The translations under genes were made by a program, and so were the position numbers. Shown here in pieces: positions 63,453 to 64,000 of a stretch of 64,000 bases of DNA; the first letter of the stretch is position 1, and the number at the start of each line of letters is the position of its first letter. The notes under the pieces are model-generated. The model was not told the origin of the DNA. It saw nothing but the letters and a program-made list of their open reading frames with translations, and did not search any database. The DNA comes from a virus (taxonomy: Duplodnaviria > Caudoviricetes), in IMG/VR virus record IMGVR_UViG_3300033407_000008, positions 6,466 through 70,465 of that record; one strand, written 5' to 3'.

Positions 63453-64000
63453 TGCTGGATCTCGAGATACTCCACTTCCAGCTCTTCTGCGGGCTCGGAG
63501 GGGCCGGCATCGGACTCAACCGATCTCGCGGGCAGGTGGGCGGCTTCCGGGGCACCACCCGCTGCCTCGGCGGCGTGGACGTCAACCGGAGCCGGATCCG
63601 AGACTTCGAGCGGCTGGTGGGCGTCCCCGGGACGGTCCTCGACCTGTTCTCGCGTGAGGGCTACGCCCTCTTCCACGGACACCCGCCGCCGGCGGACTGG
63701 CGCGAAGCCACGCCCGATGACCTCCGCCAGGCGGCCGGCGGTGAACGCCCGCACATCATCTACTCGAGCCCGCCCTGCACCGGCTTTTCCGGCCTCGTCA
63801 CCGAGAAGCGATCGAAGGGGGCTCGCTACCGGGCTCTCAACGAGCTCACCCTCCGAGGCATCTTCCTCGCCTTGACGGCGTGGGAGGACGATCCGGTCGA
63901 GTTCTTCGTGATCGAGAACGTCACCCGCATCCGGACCCGCGGCGTGGACTATCTCGACGCGATCAAGGCAATGCTCGACGCCCACGGCTACTCCTGGGCG
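63452..64000 (+). pseudogene. C5 DNA cytosine methyltransferase, 1-nt frameshift near 63500, 3'-truncated by window
   Basis: LFCGLGG (motif I) in the ATG frame; GGVDV...SSPPC (IV)...IENV (VI) in the frame starting 63505. Confidence 0.75.

Larger units (their letters stand above)
1..64000 (+). mobile_element. Tailed phage/prophage genome fragment (long non-contractile tail type)
   Basis: TerL, portal, MCP, tail tube, tape measure, amidase and Rep/DnaC recognisable; dense co-oriented ORFs with ATGA/GTGA overlaps; no host genes or integrase in window. Confidence 0.95.

Noticed and set aside
1-64000. Integrase/att sites, tRNAs, reverse transcriptase/DGR
   Set aside because: No recombinase motifs, tRNA cloverleaf with T-loop, YxDD RT motif or TR/VR repeat pair seen by eye

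Overview
The whole window is a fragment of a large, GC-rich (about 70% by eye) siphovirus-like tailed phage or prophage. No integrase, att site, tRNA or host housekeeping gene is visible, so lifestyle and host cannot be fixed. Layout: (i) 1-4.3 kb, lipoprotein, membrane and unknown genes; (ii) 4.4-17.8 kb, accessory and DNA-modification genes (DUF3560, Dam-like MTase, DUF488, beta-class MTase, ParB-MTase, radical SAM, HTH); (iii) 17.9-22.9 kb, terminase, portal and MuF-like protein; (iv) 23-33 kb, small genes plus Rep, DnaC-like loader and a convergent XRE repressor, splitting the head module; (v) 33.4-53.9 kb, scaffold, capsid, cement, neck, tail tube, chaperones with a GGGAAAC -1 frameshift, a 2723-aa tape measure and two tail-tip proteins; (vi) 54.3-57 kb, lysis cassette headed by a stand-alone PAS-domain gene; (vii) 57-64 kb, candidate ncRNA, RusA, HNH, SMC-like ATPase, ASCH, cold-shock protein and a frameshifted C5-MTase. 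Top observations: a complete HNH/EndoVII-type endonuclease gene overprinted in the +1 frame inside a methyltransferase whose own frame stays open; an orphan FixL/DosP-like PAS gene coupled to the lysis genes; a promoter-driven, hairpin-dense 310-nt non-coding region; a recurring start-associated leader motif; and two precisely phased repeat arrays (34 bp and 10 bp). All family assignments are from motif recognition by eye, with no database search.
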